From an uncultured Flavobacteriales bacterium (GTDB taxonomy: Bacteria > Bacteroidota > Bacteroidia > Flavobacteriales_D > CAJJDF01), in NCBI GenBank assembly GCA_938009745.1, contig CALLII010000003.1, positions 3,126 through 67,125 of the forward strand: a stretch of DNA of 64,000 nt. The letters run 5' to 3'. The translations under genes and the position numbers were made by a program. Below, piece after piece: positions 18,830 through 28,756 of this stretch; position 1 is the stretch's first letter; every line of letters begins with the position of its first letter. Under the pieces are notes generated by a model, which searched no databases, was not told the DNA's origin, and saw only the letters and a program-made list of their open reading frames with translations.

Positions 18830-20167
18830 TTAGTTAGTTAAGTGTTTAAGTTCAGTCAATTGTCTTTTTTCTATGAATTCAATTTTCATTAATCCATCTC
18901 TATCTACTTCAGTCATTTTTACAGGAGCTACATGATTTACAATTAAAGGATTGTATGCAGTTTTTACTTTTACATAATTGGATGTAAACCCATTCATTAT
19001 TCCATGCTCTTGGTCAGCTTCAAACAGAACTTCCTCAGTTTTATTTTCATTAAACTTATAAAATGCTCTTTTTTTCTTTTCAGAAAGGATTCTAAGTCTT
19101 TTACTTCTTTCTTTACGAATATTCATAGGAACAACTTCTTTTATCTTAAGAGCTCCTGTATTAGCTCTTTCTGAGTAGGTAAATACATGTAAGTAGGATA
19201 CATCTAAATCAACTAAAAATTGATAAGTTTCTTCAAATATCTCATCAGTTTCTCCAGGGAAACCAACAATTACATCAACACCTATACAGCATTCTGGCAT
19301 TAGTTCTTTTATTTTTTCAATACGAGATTGGTAAAGAGCCTTGTCGTATTTTCTTCGCATTGCTGTTAGCAACACATCCGATCCACTTTGCATAGGAATA
19401 TGAAAATGAGGAACAAACTTATCTGATTTTGCAACAAACTCAATAATATCAGTTGAAAGTAAATTGGGTTCAATAGAGGATATTCTAAATCTATCAATTC
19501 CATCAATTTTGTCTAATTTTTGGATTAATTGATAAAAGTTCTCTTCGCCACCTTGTCCAAAATCTCCAATATTAACCCCAGTAAGTACAACTTCCTTTAC
19601 TTTGGTTTGGGCTATTTTTTTTGCCTCAACTAATGTTTTATCAATAGAAGCATTTCTACTTTTTCCTCGGGCTAGGGGAATGGTACAAAATGAACAGAAA
19701 TAATCACATCCATCTTGAATTTTCATAAAAGTTCTCGTCCTATCATCAATAGAATAACCAGGAACAAACTCTTTAGTTTCTTTAATAGAAGAATTTTGAA
19801 TTATTGCTGCAGTATTTTTCTCAATGTTATCAAGATAGTCCGTTAAGTTAAATTTTTCTTGAGCACCAAGTACTAAATCTACTCCATGAATTTGAGCAAT
19901 TTCTTCGGGCTTTAGTTGAGCATAACATCCTAGTATTACAACAAAGGCATTAGGATTAAAGTTTAATGCTTTTTTTACTAGTTGTTTACATTTTTTATCT
20001 GCATTTTCAGTAACTGAGCATGTATTAATTACATAAATATCAGCACTTTCTTGAAACTCCACTTTAGCAAAACCAGCCTCTTGTAGCTGCCTAGCTATGG
20101 TAGATGTTTCAGAAAAATTGAGTTTGCAACCTAGTGTATAAAAGGCTACTTTTTGATATTGGTTCAT
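18830..20167 (-). CDS. mtaB: tRNA (N6-threonylcarbamoyladenosine37-C2)-methylthiotransferase MtaB
   Basis: UPF0004 N-domain (FYTLGCKLN), radical-SAM CDYFCSFC motif and a TRAM-like C-terminus. Confidence 0.9.
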   Translation of the reverse strand: MNQYQKVAFYTLGCKLNFSETSTIARQLQEAGFAKVEFQESADIYVINTCSVTENADKKCKQLVKKALNFNPNAFVVILGCYAQLKPEEIAQIHGVDLVLGAQEKFNLTDYLDNIEKNTAAIIQNSSIKETKEFVPGYSIDDRTRTFMKIQDGCDYFCSFCTIPLARGKSRNASIDKTLVEAKKIAQTKVKEVVLTGVNIGDFGQGGEENFYQLIQKLDKIDGIDRFRISSIEPNLLSTDIIEFVAKSDKFVPHFHIPMQSGSDVLLTAMRRKYDKALYQSRIEKIKELMPECCIGVDVIVGFPGETDEIFEETYQFLVDLDVSYLHVFTYSERANTGALKIKEVVPMNIRKERSKRLRILSEKKKRAFYKFNENKTEEVLFEADQEHGIMNGFTSNYVKVKTAYNPLIVNHVAPVKMTEVDRDGLMKIEFIEKRQLTELKHLTN

Positions 20168-20200
20168 GTCTATTTTTTATACTTAGCATTACTATGCGTG

Positions 20201-20208
20201 CAAAGATA
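20201..20208 (-). promoter_or_regulatory. Bacteroidota -7 box (TATCTTTG) upstream of mtaB
   Basis: The minus strand reads TATCTTTG, matching TAnnTTTG, 33 nt before the mtaB ATG. Confidence 0.4.
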
Positions 20209-20232
20209 CTAATTTGGTGTTAAGTATAAACC

Positions 20233-20268
20233 AAAAAAAAGCCATCTTACATAAGTAAGATGGCTTTT
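20233..20268 (-). terminator. Rho-independent terminator of the 929-aa type-B CTD gene
   Basis: Perfect 10-bp stem GCCATCTTAC/GTAAGATGGC with a 4-nt loop, followed by 8 U on the minus strand. Confidence 0.75.
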
Positions 20269-20285
20269 GAATTTATTGGTTTAAT

Positions 20286-23033
20286 TTAGAATTTTTTAAG
20301 AACAGTTACATGTCCCATTTTTTCGAAGTCTTCGCCAAGTTCTTTAGTTATTCCTTCTATTCTCCAAACATAGGCATCTTCTTTAACCATTTCGCCATTA
20401 AAAGTTCCATCCCAACCTTCAGTTTGGTCAGTAGTAGAGAACATTAATTGTCCCCATCTGTTAAATACCATAAACTTATAGCTTTCCTCAGTTAATCCCT
20501 CAACAACAGGTTTCAATACATCATTCAAATCATCATTATTAGGCGTGAATGAATTTGGTACAAATAAAAGAACTTCAAACTTAATATAAAGTTTTTTACA
20601 AATACTATCTCTACAACCAAACTCATTCTCAACTTTAAGACAATTAGTAAATGATTTTCCACCATTTGTAGGGAATTCATAATACATATCCCTTGTAGTT
20701 GAAGTTTCAAAAGTACTTATGTACCACTCATAATCTAATGGTGCTCCATAATCAGTTGTATTAGTAAATGTAACTTTAGTATTAAATACATCTGTTGTTG
20801 GTCCTGGATCAAATGTAAAGTTTGGATTAGGTTGTGGATGTAATCCAACATTAAAATCTTCGGTATAAACACATCCATTTGCATCAGTTACTGTAGCTGA
20901 ATAAGGAGTACTAACAGCAGGACTAGTGCTCATAGTAAATCCAGTTGTTCCTTCGCTCCACGTTACTGAGTATGGAGCTGTACCTCCCACAGGAACAGCA
21001 GTAGATGTTGTAAATTTATTTAAACATATAAACCTATCTTCTATAGGAGTTATTATAAGAGGAAGAGGTTGGTTAACAATCTCTACGCTTCTTCCAATAC
21101 ATCCATCAGCAGTTGAAATAGCAACTTGAAAAGGACCTGACTGAGCACATAAATTATTAAAGACATTACTTGCTTGCCATGTATTTCCATTATCAATACT
21201 ATACTCAACAGCAGTAGCATCATTTATGGTTATGGAGCCATCACATGAGTTAAAACACTGCTCATCTTGAACTATAATTGCATCAATCACTTCAGGTACA
21301 GGCTGTGAAACTACAAATGGTGTGATAGTAAAACAACCATTTTCATCAGTTACTTTAACTGTATGTGGTCCTGAGCATAAATTATTTCGGCTCTTACTTA
21401 CAGAAAATACATTGTTGAATTCTACTAAGTAAGTTCCTCCAGGAGAAGTCCCTCCACTAGGGAAAGCTTCTACTTCACCATTACATTCCGAGAAGCATTT
21501 GGCATCCTCAATTAATAAGTTTGGTAATATATTTGGTGGATTAGTCAAGTTGTAGGTGACCGTATCGGAACAGACCGAATCATACACTATACATGCATAG
21601 ACTCCTGGAGCTAGACCAGTAAAAGTATTTGAGGTTTGAATTGTTGCTCCTCCGTCTATAGAATAAGTGTATGGTGCTTGACCTCCGTAGGCATTAATAG
21701 TGATTTGTCCATCATTTACACCTATACAACTAGGGTCAACTTGAGTTATTGTTTGGTTAAGTGTAATGTAAATTGAATTAATTAAAGTATCAATAAGTAA
21801 AGTACATCCTGATTCAGAAATTAACTCCACTTGGTATATTCCAGGTCCAGGAATGTAGAATCCTTGGTTAGTTTGACCAGCAATTGGTAATAAAGGATTT
21901 CCAGCATACCATTGGTAAGCTAAATAACCTGAGTCTGCTTCTAAATAAATTCCTTGGCAATCCTGAGTTTTTTTAATTTCTGGCTTAAAACAGTTTCCAT
22001 CAACATAAGCTCTAGCTCCATGCCCACTATAACCGCAATCACCAACCGCAAACTCTACAGTAATATCTTGACCAACATAATTTAGTAAATCAACAGTAAT
22101 TCTACTCCAAGGTTTATATCTATATGTTCCAAAACCAGAACCACCTGTTGTTGTAATAAATCCAGGTACTGACCCACCTGTTATTACAAAGTAATTTCCA
22201 CAAGATGGGATTTGTAATCCATTAGAATCTAAAAATGATACGGAAAAGAAAGGTTGCTCAGCAACCGGATGACTTGGGTCATTAAATACTACCGCAAAAT
22301 CGTAAGTAAAATATGGTTTATCAGCAGTAATTGTTGCAACATGCTTAATTATACTTACATCCGCACCTCCATTTTCATCACCCAACATTACAGAATATGT
22401 TCCTCCTCTAGGATTTAATCTTGGAACTGCTGCAACATCTACATCATTTCCTCCAGTTACAATTCTATGCTCTTGGTTTGCACCTACACCTGTAGTACCT
22501 GGAACAATATTTTGTATACAACCTGCAGCATGACCTGCTGGGCATAAAACATTTCCTCTAGATAAAATCCAGTGTTGGTATGTTCCAAGTTCAAAATCTA
22601 CATTATCACAGTTACCTGCTTCCGCAGTTCCATGATTGTGGCCTTGGTGAGAATTGTTTGCTTGATCAATTTTCCAATTAGCAAAACGAGTCATTAAAGC
22701 TTGGCTAGTTTTTAAAGTGTTAAATCTATCATCATAGGTTTGTTGTAAAAAACTAGAGTTAATAGTACCATTAAGCATGGCACTGAAGTTACTCATGAAA
22801 AAAGAACTTTGATCTCTTCTGATGAACTCTTTAAATAACTCTTGGTTATTAATTGATGTACTTTTTATTGATGTACTATCAATTAATTTTTGTGCTAAAT
22901 TGTAATTTTGCTCAAAATGAAACAAGGTATCTTCAATCAATACTTCTCTAGAAACAGTGCTTTGGCTATAGCCAAATTGTATACTCATTGCCATTATAAA
23001 GGCTAAGCTCAGGAGTTGGGTTAAGTTTTTCAT
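20286..23033 (-). CDS. T9SS type B sorting domain (gliding-motility-associated CTD) surface protein with SprB-like and PKD-like repeats
   Basis: C-terminus FVPNSFTPNNDDLNDVLKP...FNRWGQLMF...GWDGTFNG is a type B CTD. It contains SprB-type repeats (GQITINAYGGQAPYTYSIDGG). The likely start is MKNLTQLLSLAFIMAMS at 23033; the ORF-track start is 23075. Confidence 0.85.
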   Translation of the reverse strand: MKNLTQLLSLAFIMAMSIQFGYSQSTVSREVLIEDTLFHFEQNYNLAQKLIDSTSIKSTSINNQELFKEFIRRDQSSFFMSNFSAMLNGTINSSFLQQTYDDRFNTLKTSQALMTRFANWKIDQANNSHQGHNHGTAEAGNCDNVDFELGTYQHWILSRGNVLCPAGHAAGCIQNIVPGTTGVGANQEHRIVTGGNDVDVAAVPRLNPRGGTYSVMLGDENGGADVSIIKHVATITADKPYFTYDFAVVFNDPSHPVAEQPFFSVSFLDSNGLQIPSCGNYFVITGGSVPGFITTTGGSGFGTYRYKPWSRITVDLLNYVGQDITVEFAVGDCGYSGHGARAYVDGNCFKPEIKKTQDCQGIYLEADSGYLAYQWYAGNPLLPIAGQTNQGFYIPGPGIYQVELISESGCTLLIDTLINSIYITLNQTITQVDPSCIGVNDGQITINAYGGQAPYTYSIDGGATIQTSNTFTGLAPGVYACIVYDSVCSDTVTYNLTNPPNILPNLLIEDAKCFSECNGEVEAFPSGGTSPGGTYLVEFNNVFSVSKSRNNLCSGPHTVKVTDENGCFTITPFVVSQPVPEVIDAIIVQDEQCFNSCDGSITINDATAVEYSIDNGNTWQASNVFNNLCAQSGPFQVAISTADGCIGRSVEIVNQPLPLIITPIEDRFICLNKFTTSTAVPVGGTAPYSVTWSEGTTGFTMSTSPAVSTPYSATVTDANGCVYTEDFNVGLHPQPNPNFTFDPGPTTDVFNTKVTFTNTTDYGAPLDYEWYISTFETSTTRDMYYEFPTNGGKSFTNCLKVENEFGCRDSICKKLYIKFEVLLFVPNSFTPNNDDLNDVLKPVVEGLTEESYKFMVFNRWGQLMFSTTDQTEGWDGTFNGEMVKEDAYVWRIEGITKELGEDFEKMGHVTVLKKF

Positions 23034-23187
23034 AATTGTTATTCGTTTTGTTTTTAAACGTAAAAAAAAAATCATGGTTGTGTTAATTATATAAAAATAA
23101 TAAATTTTGTGGTAATAACGTTTATTTAATACTATTTGTAAATACTTTGTTTTTTATTTTAGTAAGTTTATAACGTATTAATACATA

Positions 23188-25827
23188 ATGTATCTGATGA
23201 GACTTCTTATTTCTTTCCTATTTATTACTATAGCTTTTGTAGCTGAAGCAACTCATAACCGTGGGGGAGAAATCACTTATGTTCATATTTCTGGAAATAC
23301 TTACCAGTTCACAATAACAACTTGTACCAAAACCAGTGCACCAGCTGACCGAAGTGAATTAGAAATAAGTTGGGGTGATGGAACAGGGAGGGATACAGTA
23401 CAAAGAAATACTATAACATCTATTCCAGGTGAAGATGCTCAAAAAAATATTTATATAATCAACCATACTTTTGCCGGGGCTGGTACTTTTAGGGTTACAA
23501 TGGAAGATCCTAACCGTAATGGAGGAATTGTAAATATTGGTGGAGCAAGTAATTCCGATCAGTTTCCTTTTTGTATTGCAACCGAAATAGTTATTTCTCC
23601 TTTTATTGGACCCAATAATTCGGTTGTTTTTAATGATTGCCCATGTCCTGAGTTTGCTTGCATTAATAAAAGATATTGTTACAATTCTCAAGCTACTGAT
23701 CCAGATGGTGATAGTCTTTCCTACAGCCTTGTTCCTTGCTTAGGATTGGGTTGTAATCCAATGGCAACTCCTGCTGTTTATCAATACCCCGATAACTTTG
23801 GTGGTACAATTTCTATTAATCCAATAACTGGAACTTTATGTTGGGTTAACCCAACAAGGATTGGGGAATTTAATATTGCAATTTTAGTTACAGAATGGCG
23901 AAGTGGAATTAAAGTTGGCTCTGTTCTTAGAGACATGCAACTGACAGTAATTAATTGTCAAAATGATCCTCCTATCATTAACACTATAACCGATACATGT
24001 GTTGTTGCAGGTGATATTTTAACTTTTCCTGTTTCTGCAACTGACCCAAATGTAGGAGATAGAATAACTTTAACTGGAACAGGTGGTGTTTTCAATGGAA
24101 CTAACCCTGCTACTTTTCCTTCTGTAACAAGTTTGTCTCCTGTAAGCTCAACATTTACCTGGAACACTAGTTGTGATAATATTAGACAAGCGTCTTACAA
24201 AGTATTTTTTGAAGCTAAGGATGATGGTAACCCAGTAAACTTGTCAGATTATAGACAAGTAAATATTGTAGTAAAAGCACCTGCACCAACAGGAGTTTTG
24301 GCAACACCACTTAGCGGAAGAGTAAATATACTATGGAATAGTACTTCTTGTACTAATGCAATTGGTTATAAAATTTATCGTAAAAAAGGAGCATTAGGAT
24401 CAATTCCAGATTGTTGTTCGGGTCAATCACCAACCACTTTGGGTTATACTTTAATTGGTCAAACTAATGCTATTGGTGATACTACTTTTATTGATGCTTC
24501 TGTTTTGGCAGTAGGAGAGGAGTACTGCTATGCTGTAACTGCAATTTTCCCAATAGATTATGAGAGTTGTCTTTCAGCAGAGAGTTGTGTTAAATTATTA
24601 AAGGATGTTCCAATTATTACTAATGTAACAGTGAATAGCACTAATTCTTCTTCGGGAATTGATTCAATAGTTTGGGCAAAAGCTTCTGAACTAGATACAG
24701 TATTGAATTTTCCTCCACCATATTTATATAAAGTATACCACAGAAGTGGATTTACAGGAGCAAATACTCTTATACATACTACTCCTGTTTATGCACAATT
24801 ATATTTAAGCGATACTACATATGTTCACTCTAATGTAAATACAGAAAATACGCCAAATAACTACAAAGTAGAAATGTATCACATTGTTGGTCCAGATACT
24901 TTATTAGTAGGAGCAACAAACTCTGCTTCTTCAGTATTTTTATCTACTTCGCCTAATGATAATCAAATTACTTTAAACTGGACAGAGACTGTTCCTTGGA
25001 CAAATTTGAATTACGAAATCTACAGAGGTAACTCTATTGGTGGAGTTTTTACTTTAATTGGAACTACAACATCTCAAACATATGTAGATAGTAACTTAAT
25101 AAATGGTGCAACTTATTGTTACAAAGTTAAGAGTATAGGTCAATATTCCGACCCTAGTTTAGTAAATCCAATTGAAAATTTCTCTCAAGAAGTATGCGAT
25201 TCTCCAATAGATTTAACTCCACCTTGCCCACCAGTATTAACTATCGATAATGATTGTGAAGATGAATTAAATTATTTAAGTTGGACTAATCCAAATAATT
25301 CATGTGCAGATGATGTAACACGCTACCGTATTTTTTATTCGCCAACAGCTGCAGGTCCATTTTTTGAAATAGGAACAAAAAACGACCCTACCGATACCAC
25401 ATTTGATCATAATTATTTTGGTTCAATAGCTGGGTGTTATTATATAACAGCATTAGATTCAATACAATATAATAATGAAAGCGCACCAAGCAATGTAGTA
25501 TGTGTGGATAATTGTCCTATATACTTTTTACCAAATGTATTTAGCCCAGATGGTGATGGAATAAATGATTTCTTCACTCCATTATTACCCTACAAGTTTG
25601 TGGATAGCATTGAATTTATTATCTATAATAGATGGGGGAACATAGTTTATAAAACTAATGACCCAGATTTAGGATGGGATGGAAATGATCAAGAGACTGG
25701 GTTACCAGTTTCTGAAGGTGTCTACTTTTATGCATGTAGGGTTTACAGCATAAGATTAGAAGGTTTAGATGAAACCGACCTTAAAGGAAATATTAGCCTT
25801 TTTAGAGGAGTAGGAAGACAGAATTAA
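23188..25827 (+). CDS. T9SS type B sorting domain surface protein with Fn3/Ig-like repeats
   Basis: Signal peptide followed by ATHNRGGEITY. C-terminus LPNVFSPDGDGINDFFTP...YNRWGNIVY...GWDGNDQETG is a type B CTD. Confidence 0.85.
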   Translation: MYLMRLLISFLFITIAFVAEATHNRGGEITYVHISGNTYQFTITTCTKTSAPADRSELEISWGDGTGRDTVQRNTITSIPGEDAQKNIYIINHTFAGAGTFRVTMEDPNRNGGIVNIGGASNSDQFPFCIATEIVISPFIGPNNSVVFNDCPCPEFACINKRYCYNSQATDPDGDSLSYSLVPCLGLGCNPMATPAVYQYPDNFGGTISINPITGTLCWVNPTRIGEFNIAILVTEWRSGIKVGSVLRDMQLTVINCQNDPPIINTITDTCVVAGDILTFPVSATDPNVGDRITLTGTGGVFNGTNPATFPSVTSLSPVSSTFTWNTSCDNIRQASYKVFFEAKDDGNPVNLSDYRQVNIVVKAPAPTGVLATPLSGRVNILWNSTSCTNAIGYKIYRKKGALGSIPDCCSGQSPTTLGYTLIGQTNAIGDTTFIDASVLAVGEEYCYAVTAIFPIDYESCLSAESCVKLLKDVPIITNVTVNSTNSSSGIDSIVWAKASELDTVLNFPPPYLYKVYHRSGFTGANTLIHTTPVYAQLYLSDTTYVHSNVNTENTPNNYKVEMYHIVGPDTLLVGATNSASSVFLSTSPNDNQITLNWTETVPWTNLNYEIYRGNSIGGVFTLIGTTTSQTYVDSNLINGATYCYKVKSIGQYSDPSLVNPIENFSQEVCDSPIDLTPPCPPVLTIDNDCEDELNYLSWTNPNNSCADDVTRYRIFYSPTAAGPFFEIGTKNDPTDTTFDHNYFGSIAGCYYITALDSIQYNNESAPSNVVCVDNCPIYFLPNVFSPDGDGINDFFTPLLPYKFVDSIEFIIYNRWGNIVYKTNDPDLGWDGNDQETGLPVSEGVYFYACRVYSIRLEGLDETDLKGNISLFRGVGRQN

Positions 25828-26672
25828 GATCCAATTTCTCCAAAAGTAACACCTTCAACATAGGCCATTTTGATTTTGTTTTCACCCAATGCTCTTTTTA
25901 CACTAGCCTTTGAGCTATAATAAACCTCCCAGTAATGTTCTGGCTTACAATGAGGGAAAATAGCTATTTTCATTCCATGAGAATCAAAATCTTCTATTCC
26001 AATAAATGGCTCAGGAGTTTGTAATACATTTTCTGTTTTCAAAAAAGCATCCATAATTATTTGCTGAACATGCTCAAAGTTTTCTGTGTATGGAAGATTA
26101 ATAAACATATCAACTCTTAAAAACTCTTTCTCAGTAACATTTGTAATAATATCACTAATAGCTTTTCCATTAGGAATAATTACTTTTTTGTTATCATATG
26201 AAATTACAATGGTATTAAAAATATCTATTTGTTCAACAGTTCCTTCTACACCATGAATTTTTACAATATCATTTATTTTATAAGGCTTAAAAATTAAAAT
26301 CATTATTCCTGATGCTAGATTACCTAGACTTCCTTGAAGAGACATTCCAACTGCAAAACCAACAGCTCCTAGCAATACTGCAAATGAAGAAGTTTGAATT
26401 CCGATAACACTAATTGCGCTAAAAATTACAATTAGTTTTAAGGCAAAATCTAACATGTTTCCAAAGAATGGTCGAATTTCTTCTGATAATTTTTTTACGG
26501 CAAATTTATCATCATAAATTTTCATTAATTTCTTAACTAATTTTAACCCCAGCCACAGAATTAAAACTCCAGCAATTAGTTTTGGTAAATAAGCTATAAA
26601 TTCGGCTGTAAAATTAGTAAGCTTAGAATTTAATATTGAATATATATCTTGTTCATCAGAAGTATTTGCCAT
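25824..26672 (-). CDS. Mechanosensitive ion channel family protein (MscS-like)
   Basis: Three TM helices followed by the MscS beta-domain pattern (GNLASGIMILIFKPYKINDIVKIHGVEGTVEQIDIFNT). Confidence 0.85.
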   Translation of the reverse strand: MANTSDEQDIYSILNSKLTNFTAEFIAYLPKLIAGVLILWLGLKLVKKLMKIYDDKFAVKKLSEEIRPFFGNMLDFALKLIVIFSAISVIGIQTSSFAVLLGAVGFAVGMSLQGSLGNLASGIMILIFKPYKINDIVKIHGVEGTVEQIDIFNTIVISYDNKKVIIPNGKAISDIITNVTEKEFLRVDMFINLPYTENFEHVQQIIMDAFLKTENVLQTPEPFIGIEDFDSHGMKIAIFPHCKPEHYWEVYYSSKASVKRALGENKIKMAYVEGVTFGEIGS

Positions 26673-26776
26673 TGTTTAATTTTTAGTTAGTAATTGGTTT
26701 AAAAACTTTGCGAAGTTAAAAAAAATGACGTATAAAATATACCTCTTTCTTTAATCTAAAGATTTTTACAAATTAG

Positions 26777-26784
26777 TATATTTG
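26777..26784 (+). promoter_or_regulatory. Bacteroidota -7 box (TATATTTG) upstream of thrS
   Basis: Exact TAnnTTTG match. It contains the TTG that the ORF track used as the thrS start. Confidence 0.5.
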
Positions 26785-26802
26785 CAACCAATAAAATCTA
26801 CT

Positions 26803-28740
26803 ATGATAAAAATAACATTGCCTGATGGCGCAATAAAAGAGGTTGATTCGGGAACATCTGCTATGGATGTAGCACTTTCTATAAGTGAAGGTCTTGCCAG
26901 AAACGTATTATCTGCAAAAGTAAATGGAGAGGTTTGGGATGCATCAAGACCAATAACCGAAGATTCTACTTTGAGTTTATTAACCTGGAATGATGAAGAA
27001 GGAAAAGCAACCATGTGGCATTCATCTGCCCATTTAATGGCTGAGGCACTAGAGTTTCTTTATCCTGGAGTAAAATTAGCAATAGGTCCACCAATCGAAA
27101 ATGGATTCTATTATGATATAGATTTTATGGATTACACTTTTTCAGAGAATGATTTGAAAAAAGTAGAAGATAAAATGAAAGAATTAGCTAAACAAAAACT
27201 AGTTTTTGAAAGAAAAGAGGTTTCGAAAGCTGATGCTTTGGCTTATTTTACTGAAAAAGAAGATCCTTACAAGTTAGAACTAATAAACGAGCTAGAGGAC
27301 GGAACAATAACAATGTATACTCAAGGAAACTTTACAGATTTATGTAGAGGACCTCATATGCCACATACTGGTCCAATTAAAGCCATAAAGCTACTAAGTG
27401 TTGCAGGAGCTTATTGGAGAGGTGATGAAAAGAATAAGCAACTTACTCGTATATATGGAATTACGTTCCCTAAAGCAAAAGAGTTAACTGAATATTTAGA
27501 AAGATTAGAAGCGGCTAAACAAAGAGATCACAGGAAACTTGGTAAAGAATTGGAGCTTTTTACTTTCTCACAAAAAGTAGGAGCTGGTTTGCCATTGTGG
27601 TTACCAAAAGGTACTGCTTTAAGAGAAAGATTAATCAATTTCTTGAAAAAAGCTCAAGATGACTCAGGATACGATCAAGTATGTACTCCGCATATTGGGC
27701 ATAAAGATTTATATGTTACTTCAGGTCATTACGAAAAATATGGAGCTGATTCTTTTCAGCCAATTAAAACTCCAAATGAGGACGAAGAGTTTTTATTAAA
27801 GCCAATGAACTGTCCCCACCATTGTGAGATTTATGCATCATCTCCAAAATCATACAAAGATTTACCAGTGAGGTATGCTGAGTTTGGAACAGTTTATAGA
27901 TATGAGATGAGTGGAGAACTTCATGGATTAACTCGTGTTAGAGGGTTTACTCAGGATGATGCTCACATTTTCTGTATGGAAAATCAAGTAGAGGAGGAGT
28001 TCGAAAAAGTGATTGATATTGTTAAGTATGTATTGAAATCACTAGATTTTCAAGATTATACTGCTCAAATTTCTTTAAGAGATAAAGACAACAGAGATAA
28101 GTATATAGGAACAGATGAAAACTGGGAAAAAGCAGAGCAAGCTATTATCAATACAACAAAAAGAGCAGGATTAAATACCGTTATAGAATATGGTGAAGCT
28201 GCTTTTTATGGACCTAAGCTTGATTTTATGGTGAAAGATGCCATTGGAAGAAGCTGGCAATTGGGAACAATTCAAGTAGATTATACGTTACCAGAAAGAT
28301 TTGAATTAGAATATACTGGTGCTGATAATCAGAAGCATAGACCAATAATGATTCATAGAGCTCCATTTGGATCTATGGAAAGATTTGTTGCTGTACTGAT
28401 TGAACATTGTGCAGGTAAGTTTCCTTTATGGTTAACACCAACACAAGTAGCTATTTTACCGTTAAGTGAAAAATATAATGATTATTGTCAAAACCTTTCT
28501 AAATCATTAAAAAATTACGATATTCGTGCCCTCGTAGATGATAGGAACGAGAAAATTGGTAAAAAAATACGTGACACTGAGTTAGAAAAGACTCCTTACA
28601 TGTTGATTATAGGAGAGAAAGAAGCAGGCGATAATGTGCTGGCTGTAAGGAAACAAGGAGAGGGTGACTTAGGTAGTTTTACACTAGAAGAATTTGCAAA
28701 AAAGATTCAACAAGAAGTTGAAGAACAAATAAAATATTAA
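26803..28740 (+). CDS. thrS: Threonine--tRNA ligase
   Basis: [12 protein letters not shown]-domain N-terminus, class II core ([40 protein letters not shown]) and an anticodon-binding C-terminus. The start is moved to the ATG at 26803. Confidence 0.95.
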   Translation: MIKITLPDGAIKEVDSGTSAMDVALSISEGLARNVLSAKVNGEVWDASRPITEDSTLSLLTWNDEEGKATMWHSSAHLMAEALEFLYPGVKLAIGPPIENGFYYDIDFMDYTFSENDLKKVEDKMKELAKQKLVFERKEVSKADALAYFTEKEDPYKLELINELEDGTITMYTQGNFTDLCRGPHMPHTGPIKAIKLLSVAGAYWRGDEKNKQLTRIYGITFPKAKELTEYLERLEAAKQRDHRKLGKELELFTFSQKVGAGLPLWLPKGTALRERLINFLKKAQDDSGYDQVCTPHIGHKDLYVTSGHYEKYGADSFQPIKTPNEDEEFLLKPMNCPHHCEIYASSPKSYKDLPVRYAEFGTVYRYEMSGELHGLTRVRGFTQDDAHIFCMENQVEEEFEKVIDIVKYVLKSLDFQDYTAQISLRDKDNRDKYIGTDENWEKAEQAIINTTKRAGLNTVIEYGEAAFYGPKLDFMVKDAIGRSWQLGTIQVDYTLPERFELEYTGADNQKHRPIMIHRAPFGSMERFVAVLIEHCAGKFPLWLTPTQVAILPLSEKYNDYCQNLSKSLKNYDIRALVDDRNEKIGKKIRDTELEKTPYMLIIGEKEAGDNVLAVRKQGEGDLGSFTLEEFAKKIQQEVEEQIKY

Positions 28741-28756
28741 TTAAAATTTATTAGCC

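Noticed and set aside
20525-24167. Short ORFs (61-110 aa) on the opposite strand or in alternative frames within the two type-B CTD genes.
   Set aside because: They are embedded in long, repeat-rich, clearly coding frames and their compositions look like shadow-frame artefacts.
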